From Elusimicrobiota bacterium (GTDB taxonomy: Bacteria; CAYTYR01; UBA6262; DAOVJB01), in the NCBI GenBank assembly GCA_030673425.1, contig DAOVJB010000001.1, positions 1 through 32,288 on the forward strand: a DNA stretch of 32,288 nt, in the 5' to 3' direction. Below, in pieces: positions 13,678 through 24,300 of this stretch. The notes under the pieces are model-generated. The model ran no database searches. It had not been told where the DNA came from and saw nothing but the letters and a program-made list of their open reading frames with translations. The position numbers were made by a program, and so were the translations under genes. Within the stretch, counting starts at the first letter, position 1, and each line of letters begins with the position of its first letter.

Positions 13678-15162
13678 ATGATGAGCGAAAAAGATGACTT
13701 GATTTTACAGCGCAAGCAGAAGCTTAAAGAATTGTACAGCGACGGTATAAATCCGTATCCTAATAAATATAGATATACTCATACCGCTTTAGATATAGTA
13801 ACCGAATTCTCTTCTCTGGCCGAAGGGGAAGAGAGTGAGAATACCGTCAGAATAGCTGGTAGGATAATAACCACCAGAAATATGGGGAAGGCAAGTTTTT
13901 CGCATATCAAGACAGAATCTGATAACATCCAGATTTATATGCGTAAGGATATGGTAGGCGATGAGAAATATAAGGTATATAAAAAATTAGATATAGGTGA
14001 TTTTATCGGGGTAGAGGGGAATGTTTTCAGGACAAAGACAGGTGAATTAACCGTCAAAGTACGGGATTTTGTAATTCTTGCTAAGTCTCTCAGACCTTTA
14101 CCTGAAAAATGGCACGGGTTAAAGGATATAGAAACAAGATACCGTCAGAGGTATGTTGATTTAATTGTCAATCAGAATGTAAGGGAAGTATTTATCACCC
14201 GTAGCAAGATAATAAAAACACTGAGGGAGTTTCTTGACAACGCGGGTTTCCTTGAGGTTGAAACTCCGATGATGCAGTCGGTTGCAGGTGGAGCGACAGC
14301 ACGCCCTTTTGTTACGCACCACAAGGCATTGGGGATGGATTTGTTTTTACGCATTGCTCCTGAGCTTTACTTAAAAAGGCTTGTTATAGGCGGACTGGAA
14401 AAGGTTTATGAAATTAACCGTAATTTCAGGAACGAAGGCATATCGAAGAAACATAATCCCGAGTTTACTATGTTAGAACTGTATCAGGTATATATAGATT
14501 ATGAGGATGTGATGGCTTTGTGTGAGGAGATGTTAACCTATACCGCCCAGAAGGTACTGGGGACTTTGCAGCTTAAATACCAGGATAAATATATTGATTT
14601 ATCATCCCCGTGGCAGAGAATAAGTCTCTATGATGCAATAAAAAAATATACTGGTCTTGATTTCGGAGAGATTAAGAACGTAAAAGAAGCTAAAAAAGCA
14701 GCAGAGACTCTGAACGTAAAAATTGAAGATAATTATAAACGCGGTAAGATTATGAACCGTATTTTCGAGGAACTTGTGGAACCAAAGCTGATTTTACCCA
14801 CTTTTATAATTGATTATCCCGTGGATGTTTCTCCTCTTGCAAAGAGTAAAGCCAGTGTTCCTGATATGGTTGAGCGTTTTGAACTCTATATAGGGGGGCA
14901 GGAGATAGCAAACGCTTACTCAGAATTAAATGATCCGCTGGAACAGGAGAAAAGGTTAAACGCCCAGCTTAAAGAGAGAAAAGAAGGTGATGAAGAGGCA
15001 CAGATGCTGGATGAAGATTACCTCAGGGCAATGGAATACGGTATGCCCCCATGCGGAGGATTAGGTATAGGAATCGACAGGCTTGTTATGATACTTACTG
15101 ATTCAGCTACTATTAGAGATGTAATTCTATTCCCGCAGCTAAGAAAGGAAGTGAAGCAGTAA
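13678..15162 (+). CDS. lysS: Lysine--tRNA ligase (class II)
   Basis: OB-fold anticodon-binding N-domain. Class II motifs FLEVETPMMQ, FRNEGIS..HNPEFTMLE, GMPPCGGLGIGIDRLVM. ATG 13678 or 13681. Confidence 0.97.
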   Translation: MMSEKDDLILQRKQKLKELYSDGINPYPNKYRYTHTALDIVTEFSSLAEGEESENTVRIAGRIITTRNMGKASFSHIKTESDNIQIYMRKDMVGDEKYKVYKKLDIGDFIGVEGNVFRTKTGELTVKVRDFVILAKSLRPLPEKWHGLKDIETRYRQRYVDLIVNQNVREVFITRSKIIKTLREFLDNAGFLEVETPMMQSVAGGATARPFVTHHKALGMDLFLRIAPELYLKRLVIGGLEKVYEINRNFRNEGISKKHNPEFTMLELYQVYIDYEDVMALCEEMLTYTAQKVLGTLQLKYQDKYIDLSSPWQRISLYDAIKKYTGLDFGEIKNVKEAKKAAETLNVKIEDNYKRGKIMNRIFEELVEPKLILPTFIIDYPVDVSPLAKSKASVPDMVERFELYIGGQEIANAYSELNDPLEQEKRLNAQLKERKEGDEEAQMLDEDYLRAMEYGMPPCGGLGIGIDRLVMILTDSATIRDVILFPQLRKEVKQ

Positions 15163-15188
15163 AGTAGACAGAAACTGCTCAAATCGTT

Positions 15189-16406
15189 ATGCGTTACGAA
15201 CTATTCATAAGTTTGAGATATTTGAGGGCTAAACGTAAGCAGGTTCTTTTATCCATTATTACGTTCATTTCCATCGGAGGGGTTGCTTTAGGGGTTACCG
15301 CGTTACTTGTAACTTTATCGGTGATGAACGGTTTTAAGAGTGACCTTACAAACAAAATTTTGGGAACATATGCTCATATAGTTGTTCTGCACCAGACAGG
15401 TCAGGGATTAAGCAATTATACTGGTGTTCAGAAAGAAATAGAAAATATCCCCCATATTATTGCTTCTGCCCCTTTTGTTTACGGCCAGATTATGCTAAAA
15501 GCAGGAGACAATGTTGCGGGTGCAGTAGTTAAGGGAATAAACCCTGAAGCTGAAAGTAAAATAACAGATTTAAGAAGGAATATAACAGCAGGAAATTTAG
15601 ATACGCTTAATGGTTCAAAAAGCATTATTTTAGGAAGCGAGTTAGCAAGGAATCTCGGTGTGGTGTTAAATGAGGAGGTATTTCTCATTTCTCCAATGGG
15701 GGTTGTTTCTGCTTTCGGATTTATACCGAGGATGGAGAAGTTTACTGTAGGAGGGATATTTAACTCCGGGATGTATGACTATGATAGCAACCTGTCTTAT
15801 GTTTCTTTGCAATCAGCCCGGGATTTTTTTAACTTAGGTGAAAAAATTACAGGCATTGCGGTAAAGACGGATAATCCTTACAGGGCGCAGGAAGTTTCTT
15901 TGAATATGCAGGAGGAGCTTGGTTTCCCCTACTGGGTGCGCAGCTGGATGGTAACTAACCGTAATTTGTTTTCCGCCCTGAGGCTGGAAAAGATCACAAT
16001 GTTTATTATCCTTGTCCTTATAATCCTGGTTGCTGCCTTTAATATAGTGGCTACCTTGATGATGATGACTATGGAGAAGACCAAGGATATAGGCATATTA
16101 AAAGCAATGGGTGCAACCAGAAAGAATATAACAAGAATTTTTATATTTGAAGGTTTAATAATAGGTGTTATAGGAACCGTTCTCGGCTGTATCGGAGGGT
16201 TTGCAATTTCAAAGCTCCTTGATGTATATCAGTTTATAAACATTCCTTCTGATGTTTATTATCTTGATAGATTACCGGTCGAGATGCAATTGGGTGATTT
16301 CCTGATCGTTGCAATCTCAGCTATAGCGATAAGCCTTCTGGCTACGATTTATCCTTCTTATAAAGCGGGAAAATTAGACCCTTGTGAAGCAATAAGATGT
16401 GAGTGA
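15189..16406 (+). CDS. Lipoprotein-releasing system permease, LolC/LolE family (FtsX-like)
   Basis: N-terminus MRYELFISLRYLRAKRKQ..., a MacB-like periplasmic domain, and a C-terminal FtsX domain (LKAMGATRKNITRIF...). It lies directly upstream of lolD with a 4-nt overlap. Confidence 0.9.
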   Translation: MRYELFISLRYLRAKRKQVLLSIITFISIGGVALGVTALLVTLSVMNGFKSDLTNKILGTYAHIVVLHQTGQGLSNYTGVQKEIENIPHIIASAPFVYGQIMLKAGDNVAGAVVKGINPEAESKITDLRRNITAGNLDTLNGSKSIILGSELARNLGVVLNEEVFLISPMGVVSAFGFIPRMEKFTVGGIFNSGMYDYDSNLSYVSLQSARDFFNLGEKITGIAVKTDNPYRAQEVSLNMQEELGFPYWVRSWMVTNRNLFSALRLEKITMFIILVLIILVAAFNIVATLMMMTMEKTKDIGILKAMGATRKNITRIFIFEGLIIGVIGTVLGCIGGFAISKLLDVYQFINIPSDVYYLDRLPVEMQLGDFLIVAISAIAISLLATIYPSYKAGKLDPCEAIRCE

Positions 16407-17098
16407 GTATATATATGGATAACAGAAATCTTATAACAGCTAGAAATTTGGATAAGAGCTATTTTAATAATAACAGAGAACTTCATGTCCTAAAAGAGGT
16501 AAATTTAGAAATTAAACACGGGGAAATTTTAGCTATTGTCGGGCCAAGTGGTGCGGGCAAGAGTACGCTTTTACATATTTTAGGGGCGTTGGACCGTCCT
16601 ACGCAGGGAGAAGTTCATTTTGAAGATAAGGATATCAGCCGGTTAAATGATAATGAACTCTCTTATTTGCGCAATAGGAATATAGGTTTTGTTTTTCAGT
16701 TTCACCATCTGTTGCCTGAGTTTACGGCAGTTGAGAATGTATCTATTCCGGGTTTTATGTATCTAAATAGTAGCGGGATAGAAGAAGTTAAAGATAAAGC
16801 AATGAATGTTCTGCGGCAGGTAGGGTTAGGAGATAGAATGAATCACAGACCTTCTGAGCTATCAGGTGGGGAGCAACAGAGACTTGCTGTAGCAAGGGCT
16901 TTAATAAATGACCCACAGATAATCTTAGCTGATGAGCCGACAGGCAACTTGGATTGGAAGAACAGCGAGGTTGTTCATAACATCCTATGGGAGCTTAACA
17001 GGAATAAAAAACAGACTCTGGTTATTGTTACTCATAATGAGGAACTGGCCGGAAGAGCATCGAGAATTATTCATTTAGTAGACGGAAGAATTGTTTAA
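16403..17098 (+). CDS. lolD: Lipoprotein-releasing system ATP-binding protein LolD
   Basis: Walker A GPSGAGKST, signature LSGGEQQR, Walker B ILADEPTGNLD, FVFQFHHLLPEFTA. GTG 16403 overlaps the permease stop; ATG 16415 is an alternative start. Confidence 0.9.
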   Translation: MSIYMDNRNLITARNLDKSYFNNNRELHVLKEVNLEIKHGEILAIVGPSGAGKSTLLHILGALDRPTQGEVHFEDKDISRLNDNELSYLRNRNIGFVFQFHHLLPEFTAVENVSIPGFMYLNSSGIEEVKDKAMNVLRQVGLGDRMNHRPSELSGGEQQRLAVARALINDPQIILADEPTGNLDWKNSEVVHNILWELNRNKKQTLVIVTHNEELAGRASRIIHLVDGRIV

Positions 17099-17125
17099 GG
17101 ATAGATTAAGAAGGGAGAACTCAGT

Positions 17126-17659
17126 ATGTTGTGTAATATCTGTCATAAAAAAGAGGCAGTAATTCATTTTACGGAAATAATAGATAACCAGATAACAAAA
17201 TTGCATCTGTGTGAGGAATGTGCCAAGACTAAAGGATTGCAGTTTCCTTTTGGAAAACCACTTTTTTCTATGGCTGATTTATTGGCAGGTTTAAGCAATT
17301 TTGATACATATTCTTTGGAACAAAAAGCCAAGGTAAAGTGTCCAAATTGTGGGGTTACATATAACGATTTCAAGAGGAACGGTAAATTGGGCTGCAGCGA
17401 ATGTTATAGTTGCTTTAAGGCTGAACTCAAGCCTATTCTTAAAAGAATCCACGGAGGAATTTCTCACCTGGGTAAAGCTCCTGTAGCCAGAGGTAAAAAA
17501 ACTACACGCAGGAAGAAAAAAACAACAGGCCCTCCATCTGTTGACATCCAGATAAATCAACTGCATACAGAATTGCAAGAAGCAGTTAAAAATGAAGAAT
17601 ATGAAAAAGCAGCTGTGATTAGAGACAAAATAAAAGAATTAAAAAGGAGTAGTGTATGA
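17126..17659 (+). CDS. mcsA: McsA-like protein (four CxxC zinc-finger motifs + UVR domain), activator of protein arginine kinase
   Basis: CNIC...CEEC and CPNC...CSEC motifs. C-terminal UVR motif LQEAVKNEEYEKAAVIRDKIKELK. 4-nt overlap with mcsB. Confidence 0.85.
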   Translation: MLCNICHKKEAVIHFTEIIDNQITKLHLCEECAKTKGLQFPFGKPLFSMADLLAGLSNFDTYSLEQKAKVKCPNCGVTYNDFKRNGKLGCSECYSCFKAELKPILKRIHGGISHLGKAPVARGKKTTRRKKKTTGPPSVDIQINQLHTELQEAVKNEEYEKAAVIRDKIKELKRSSV

Positions 17660-18702
17660 AGCTGAAATATATGCTTGAGGAAAAAAGCGGATGGCTTACA
17701 GGGGAAGGTCCTTCCCTTGAGGTTGTAATATCAAGCAGGATAAGATTAGCCAGGAATCTTTCAGAATATCTTTTTCCGAACAAGTCCCAGGAAGACCAAC
17801 AGAAACAAGTTTTTAAGTTAATAACTGAGGCTGTAAAAAAGAGCAATTATTTTAAGAATGCGGCTATTTTAAGGTTAAATGATCTGGAAAAGGTGGACAG
17901 GCAACTTTTAATGGAAAGGCACCTTGTGAGTTTTGAGCATGCCCGTGGGAAAGGTGAAAGGGGGATAATTATAGGTGATAAGGAAATAATAAGCATCATG
18001 ATCAATGAGGAAGACCACCTGCGCATACAGGCATTACAGCCTGGTTTCCAGCTGTCAGAGGTATGGGATTTTATCACCCGGATTGACGATGAACTGTCAA
18101 AATATCTTGATTATGCTTTTAGTGAGGAATGGGGTTATCTCACATCATGTCCCACTAATACAGGAACAGGGATACGTGCATCAGTCTTAATACATCTTCC
18201 GGGATTAGTTATTACGGGTGAGATAAATAAAGTATTAGAGGCTTTGTCAAAATTAGGACTGGCGGCACGGGGACTTTACGGGGAAGGGACAAGGGTTATG
18301 GGAGATTTCTTCCAGATTTCTAACCAGGTTACATTATGTCAGACCGAAGAAAATATTATAGATAATATAGAACGTGTGGTAAAGCAGATTATAGGTTATG
18401 AATTAAAGGCACGGGAGATGTTGAAAAAGGATACCATGGAAGAAAACTATGATAGAGTTTACCGTGCTTACGGAATCTTGAAAAATGCCCGTACTATTAG
18501 TTTTGTAGAAGCAATGGAATTGTTATCTAAGGTAAGATTAGGAGTAGATATAGGAATTGATTTGGGTGTCGATATAGGTATTCTTAATGAGCTTATGATT
18601 TTTACTCAGCCGGCACACCTGCAGGAATCCTCAGGAAAGATATTAGACCCTCACGAAAGGGATATACTGAGGGCAAAGTTTATCAGGGAAAAATTGAGTT
18701 AA
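17656..18702 (+). CDS. mcsB: Protein arginine kinase McsB (ATP:guanido phosphotransferase)
   Basis: ISSRIRLARN, NEEDHLRIQ, GYLTSCPTNTGTGIRASVLIHLPG, LYGEG are phosphagen-kinase-type catalytic motifs. Confidence 0.92.
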   Translation: MKLKYMLEEKSGWLTGEGPSLEVVISSRIRLARNLSEYLFPNKSQEDQQKQVFKLITEAVKKSNYFKNAAILRLNDLEKVDRQLLMERHLVSFEHARGKGERGIIIGDKEIISIMINEEDHLRIQALQPGFQLSEVWDFITRIDDELSKYLDYAFSEEWGYLTSCPTNTGTGIRASVLIHLPGLVITGEINKVLEALSKLGLAARGLYGEGTRVMGDFFQISNQVTLCQTEENIIDNIERVVKQIIGYELKAREMLKKDTMEENYDRVYRAYGILKNARTISFVEAMELLSKVRLGVDIGIDLGVDIGILNELMIFTQPAHLQESSGKILDPHERDILRAKFIREKLS

Positions 18703-18729
18703 AGAAAGTTATATAGGAGGAGATTTAAG

Positions 18730-21195
18730 ATGTTTAATCGTTTTACTGAGAGGGCACAAAAGGTTATTCTCTTGGCCCAGGAAGAGGCTAAGAAATTAAA
18801 TCATGATTATTTAGGTACGGAACACCTGCTTTTAGGATTGGTTGCTTTGGGTGAAGGTGTTGCTGCAGTTGCTTTGAATAATTTAGGTATAGATTTAAGA
18901 AAATTACGCCAGGAAGTGGAAAAAGCTATCGGGATAGGAGAGAACATATTGCTTCTCGGAGAAATCCCGTTTACTCCCCGGGCCAAAAAAGTGTTGGAAC
19001 TATCGGTAGAGGAAGCCCAGGATATGGGACATAATTATGTAGGTACAGAGCATATCCTGTTAGGGTTAATAAGGGAAGGGGAGGGAGTAGCAGCTAGGGT
19101 TTTGAGTTCATTAGGGATAAATTTAGAAAAACTTAAAGCAGAAATTGTAAATATATTAGGTGAAATCGGAGCTGCCCCTCAGGATGAGGGTCCGTCTAAA
19201 CCCAGGCATAGAACGAAGTCAAATAGTCCTACACTCGATTCTTTCGGTAGGGATTTGACCGTTCTTGCTCAGGAGTCCAGGCTTGATCCTGTAATTGGAC
19301 GTGAATCAGAGATTGAGAGAGTCATTCAGATTCTTTGCAGGAGAACAAAGAATAATCCTGCCTTAATCGGTGAGCCCGGTGTGGGAAAAACAGCTATTGT
19401 GGAAGGATTGGCACAGAAGATTGCTAGTAATAACGTACCTGAGATTTTGTTAAATAAAAGAGTGTTGACTCTTGATTTAGCCGGTGTAGTAGCAGGAACG
19501 AAATACAGAGGAGAATTTGAACAGCGCTTGAAACTTATCGTTGAAGAGATTCGTCGTGCGAGAAACAGTATAATTCTTTTTATTGATGAACTACATACCG
19601 TGGTTGGAGCCGGAGCGGCTGAAGGAGCCATTGATGCATCTAATATGTTAAAACCTGCCCTTGCACGTGGAGAACTGCAGTGTATAGGAGCTACAACATT
19701 AAATGAGTATAAAAAATATATTGAACATGATGCGGCTTTAGAGAGGAGATTTCAATCGGTTATGGTGGACCCTGCTACTGTTGAGGAAACAAAGGCGATA
19801 TTAAAAGGCCTCCGGGATAAGTATGAGGCCCACCATAGGGTCAGAATTACTGATAAAGCCATTGATGCTGCCGCAGAGTTGTCCAACAGATATATTGCTG
19901 ACAGATTCCTTCCGGATAAGGCTATTGATTGTATTGATGAGGCAGGAGCCCGGATAAGGTTAAAAAGTACCATGTTGCCTCCTGATATCAAGAATTTAGA
20001 GAATGAGATTGAACAGACAGACGAAGAAAAGAAAGCAGCAACGGCTACGCAGGAATTTGAAAAGGCTGCTAAACTCAGGGATAAAGAAAAAGAGTTAAAA
20101 ACAAAATTAGAGAAAATAAAAGATGAGTGGGAGCAGAAAAAAACTCAGAAAGAACCTGTTGTTACGGAGGAAGATATTGCTTATGTTGTTTCTAAGTGGA
20201 CAGGAGTTCCTGTTGAAAAACTTACAGAAAAAGAATCGGATAAATTACTCAGGATGGAGGATTACCTGCATAAAAGAGTAATCGGGCAGGATGCGGCCAT
20301 AAAGGTCGTTTCTCAGGCCGTGCGTCGTTCACGTACGGGATTAAAAGATCCGAAAAGGCCTATTGGTTCATTTATATTTTTGGGACCTACCGGCGTGGGT
20401 AAGACAGAGTTAGCCAGGACTCTGGCAGAGTTCTTATTCGGTAATGAAGAAGCTATGATTCGTATTGATATGAGTGAATATATGGAGAAATTTGCGGTTT
20501 CACGTTTAATTGGTGCTCCTCCGGGATATGTTGGTTATGAAGAAGGCGGGCAATTAACAGAACAGGTAAGGCGCAGGCCATACTCCGTGATACTTTTAGA
20601 TGAAATTGAAAAAGCACATTCTGATGTATTTAATATTCTGCTTCAGGTTATGGATGACGGGCAGCTTAGTGATAACCTTGGTCATACTGTAAGTTTCAGG
20701 AATACCGTTATAATCATGACCGCTAATATTGGTGCAAGGGAGATAAAAAATGGCAGGGCACTGGGCTTTCAGGCCAGCGAAGACACAGATAAAACCTATA
20801 GTCAAATGAAAGACATTGTTCTTGAGCAAATGAAAAAAACATTTAATCCTGAATTTCTTAATCGTATTGATGAAATAGTTGTTTTTCATGCTTTGTCTAA
20901 AGATGATATGAGAAAAATTGTTGATTTGATGTTAAATAATGTCATTACAAGACTCAAAGAACAAAATGTTGTTTTAGATGTTTCTAAACTCGCACGAGAG
21001 TTCCTTTTAGAGAAGGGATATGACCCTGCTTTTGGTGCACGGCCACTCAGAAGAGCTATCCAGAAATATTTAGAAGACGCTCTTGCTTCTGAAATGTTAT
21101 CCAAGCAATTTTCAAAAGGAAAAGTTATTTATATTGAATTAGCAGAAGATAAGGAGAAGCTCGTTTTTAAGGAAAAAGTCGCACAGCAAAATTAA
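18730..21195 (+). CDS. clpC: ATP-dependent Clp protease ATP-binding subunit ClpC
   Basis: Two Clp_N repeats. AAA-1 Walker A GEPGVGKT and Walker B FIDELH. Middle UVR motif [18 protein letters not shown]-2 GPTGVGKTE and [10 protein letters not shown]-terminal [10 protein letters not shown]. Confidence 0.95.
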   Translation: MFNRFTERAQKVILLAQEEAKKLNHDYLGTEHLLLGLVALGEGVAAVALNNLGIDLRKLRQEVEKAIGIGENILLLGEIPFTPRAKKVLELSVEEAQDMGHNYVGTEHILLGLIREGEGVAARVLSSLGINLEKLKAEIVNILGEIGAAPQDEGPSKPRHRTKSNSPTLDSFGRDLTVLAQESRLDPVIGRESEIERVIQILCRRTKNNPALIGEPGVGKTAIVEGLAQKIASNNVPEILLNKRVLTLDLAGVVAGTKYRGEFEQRLKLIVEEIRRARNSIILFIDELHTVVGAGAAEGAIDASNMLKPALARGELQCIGATTLNEYKKYIEHDAALERRFQSVMVDPATVEETKAILKGLRDKYEAHHRVRITDKAIDAAAELSNRYIADRFLPDKAIDCIDEAGARIRLKSTMLPPDIKNLENEIEQTDEEKKAATATQEFEKAAKLRDKEKELKTKLEKIKDEWEQKKTQKEPVVTEEDIAYVVSKWTGVPVEKLTEKESDKLLRMEDYLHKRVIGQDAAIKVVSQAVRRSRTGLKDPKRPIGSFIFLGPTGVGKTELARTLAEFLFGNEEAMIRIDMSEYMEKFAVSRLIGAPPGYVGYEEGGQLTEQVRRRPYSVILLDEIEKAHSDVFNILLQVMDDGQLSDNLGHTVSFRNTVIIMTANIGAREIKNGRALGFQASEDTDKTYSQMKDIVLEQMKKTFNPEFLNRIDEIVVFHALSKDDMRKIVDLMLNNVITRLKEQNVVLDVSKLAREFLLEKGYDPAFGARPLRRAIQKYLEDALASEMLSKQFSKGKVIYIELAEDKEKLVFKEKVAQQN

Positions 21196-21332
21196 TATGT
21201 CCTGACAACCTACTTTTATTTCCTTCCGGTTTATGGCCTTAAACATTACTCTAAAATGTGAATATTGGTTGGGAGTATCTTAGTTATTATTATTTCTGTC
21301 ATAGGCTAGTATATATCACAAGGATTGTTTCT

Positions 21333-24300
21333 ATGCGTAAGAGGAAGAGGATAATTACAATATCGGTAATATTGATTTGTCTCCTAGTAGGTACCTATTT
21401 AGCTATGAGGTCAGGCATATTCGCTGAACAGTTTAAAGGGGTAGCTGTTAGGGAATTGGAAAAATTGTTCTCAAGAAAAGTACATATCAGACATATTGAT
21501 ACTAATTTCTTCAACCGTATCAACTTGAGAGGTGTAAGGATCGCTAAAGGGTCTGATTTTACCAAAGGGGATCTACTCACTATAGATAAGGTATCCATCC
21601 ACTTAAATCTTTTGAACTTTATTAACAAGAAACCAAAGTTAGTGGATGCTATTAAAAGTATCACCCTCGTTAAGCCAGCTTTTGAACTTAGCAATAAGGA
21701 AGGTAATTGGAACATAAGTTTACCTTTGGCCTCAGGTCCGGAAGAATCTCTCAGGTTAAAGGTTTTTATTTACCGGGGGCAGGTATCAGTAGAGGATGTA
21801 TCAGGCGGTCCGTTTGATAAGTTAAAATTGCGTTCATTAAAAGGGCTGATTGATTTATCGCTTCCGGCAAAGAAGCATATTCAGTTTACGACAAAAACCA
21901 GCTTAAGTAAAAAAGACAAAGTTTCTTTGAATATCGATTTTCTAGGTGATAATTTTGAGGCAGATCTGATTTTAGAAAAAGGTAATCTGTCTAATTATTC
22001 AAAATTGATAAAATTTTCTATCAGTAAATATAATTTGACTGAGGGTTTATTTGACGGAAATGTTTCCCTGGTCGGAAATATGCAGAATTTTAACAATATT
22101 GTCTATAAGGGGAAATTGAATATTAAAGAAGCAACCGTTCAGATTGAAGATGTAAAAGAAGATATATCCGATATTAAAGCGGAACTGGTGCTGGAAAACG
22201 GAATGATCTCTTCGAATAAAATTACCGCAAAACTCGGTAAATATCCTTTTACACTAAGAGGCAATGTTCTTGGATTTGAGTCTGATATTTCTTTGGATTT
22301 AGAATTAGATTTTCCAGATGCCGAGTATGACTTGCTTACAGAACTGGCAGATTCTATCGCATCAATCGGGGAAATATATACACTGGGACAGGGTAGTTTT
22401 GATTGCCGTGTTAAAGGACCCCTGGATGACCTGAGTGTAGACGGCCGGGTTAAAATAATAAAAGGAGAGGTGTTAAAAGAAAAGGTTTCGGACCTTACGG
22501 CTAAATTCCAGTATCAAAATAAATTATTCAGTTTACTTAGTTTATCAACAGGATTTTATAAAGGGCGGATGTCTGTTAGTGGAACAGTAGGCGTAAGCAA
22601 AAAGCCTGCTGTGCTTAATTTTGATTTGAGGGCTGAGAATGTGGATTTACCTGGCTACTTAAGATTAGCCGAGAATCAAAAAGATGTTAAAGGTCGGGCT
22701 ACATTGATTGGAAAAGTAACCGGTAATGTATTCGCGCCTTTATTACAAGCAAAGGTGACCTCGAACAGTTTATATTTAATGAAATATGAGATTCCTATTC
22801 TGGAGGGTAAGCTTAAATATCATAAGGATGAACTTCTTATAAACACCTATACAACCGATCGAAAATACAAGGTTGATACAACACTATATTTAAGGAAGGA
22901 TTCAATTTCAGTAAAGGAATTTAGTGTCTCCTGGGATAAGAGTATGCTCAATATAGAGGGTGTGATTGACCTTAAAAATAAAAACATGGATTTAGATATT
23001 AAAACTTCAGGGCTTAAAGCAGAGGATTTTCCTCCTGTTAAGAAGTATTATAAAGATTTAACCGGTGAGTTTTCTTTCAGCGGTAAGTTGAAAGGGAAAT
23101 TAGATGACTTGGCAGTAAGTGGTAAAATTTTATCAGAAGATTTATTGCTTGCCAAAAAGAAGGTCAGTTTATTTGCTGATTTTACATTTAGCGGAAAAGC
23201 ATTAGACATTGCCTCACTAGAAATAAATAAGGCTTATAAAGCTAAGGGAAAAATTATTTTTAGCGATATGCCAGATTCTCCTTATCTTGATGTTGATATT
23301 TCTGTAGAGGACGGCCAGCTTTATATATTGGGTGTTTTATGCAGGATAGGAAAGGCGAGTGATGAAAATATTAAAGGCATAATAGACGGCAATCTGAGAT
23401 TAAAAGGGCCATTTAGGGATTTAACAGGTGGCGGAGAAATTAAACTTCAGAAAACTACTGTTTGGGACAGGAGGATAGAAAATTTACATTCCTCTTTCGC
23501 TATTTATAACAACAAGTTGGATATTGCCAAATTTATTCTCCAGCAGAACGGGGGTAAAATAAAAGGTACGGCACAGTTTGGAATTAAGGCAGATTCTATT
23601 AATGAGTTTAACTTAGATTTAGATTTAGAAGAATTTATGTTTGAGGAAATATTGTTTGCCGGTGACTTAAACGTGAAGGGAACATTAGGTTACGGCGACA
23701 AAAAAGAAGCCAAGGCCATACTACTTACATCGGGCTTGAAAATAAATAACCAGCCGCAGGAAATAAAAGCAAGACTGACATATGAAGATAAAATCCTTTA
23801 TATTTCACCTGTGAGCTCAAAGGATAATTATACGTTTACTGGAGATATTAATTTTAAGCAGGAACCTGAGATGGATGTCAAGTTGAATATAAAAAACGTC
23901 TCTGTTGGGCATTTATTGAGGTTAGTTAAAGTTTCCGGGGTAGATGAATTTACAGGGAACCTGAACGGATATGTAAGGTTTAAGGGTAGCTTGAGAAATC
24001 CTGAATTGATAGGAAATGTAGATATCAATAAAGGCAACTTAAGAAATTTTGAGTTTGATAAACTGAAGGTCCTTTTATTATTCAAAGATAACATCCTTTT
24101 TCTTAAAGAAGTAAAGGGAACATCAAAGAAAGGCAAATTTTTAGTCAGAGGTAATATTAATTTTGATAAGGCTGAACAGCAGTTAGATTTAGCGATAGAA
24201 ATGGAGGATATGGAATTAAAATCTTTAAGCAATGCTTATTTACCGCGGCTGAAGGAACCTGTTGATGCCCGTCTTAATGGTGCGTTCAAGGTTACAGGCA

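Noticed and set aside
17099-17125. Search for a CtsR operator (tandem GGTCAAA repeats) upstream of mcsA, and elsewhere upstream of lysS.
   Set aside because: No tandem heptad was found. The only GGTCAA strings belong to the 9218-9248 terminator stem.
21258-21332. GTG 21258 as the tamB start (25 extra N-terminal codons, MNIGWEYLSYYYFCHRLVYITRIVS).
   Set aside because: The extension is atypical for a signal anchor. ATG 21333 gives the classic basic (RKRKR) plus TM start and has AAGGA upstream. A weak TTGGTT-17-TATTAT promoter candidate (21265-21293) would start transcription downstream of 21258.
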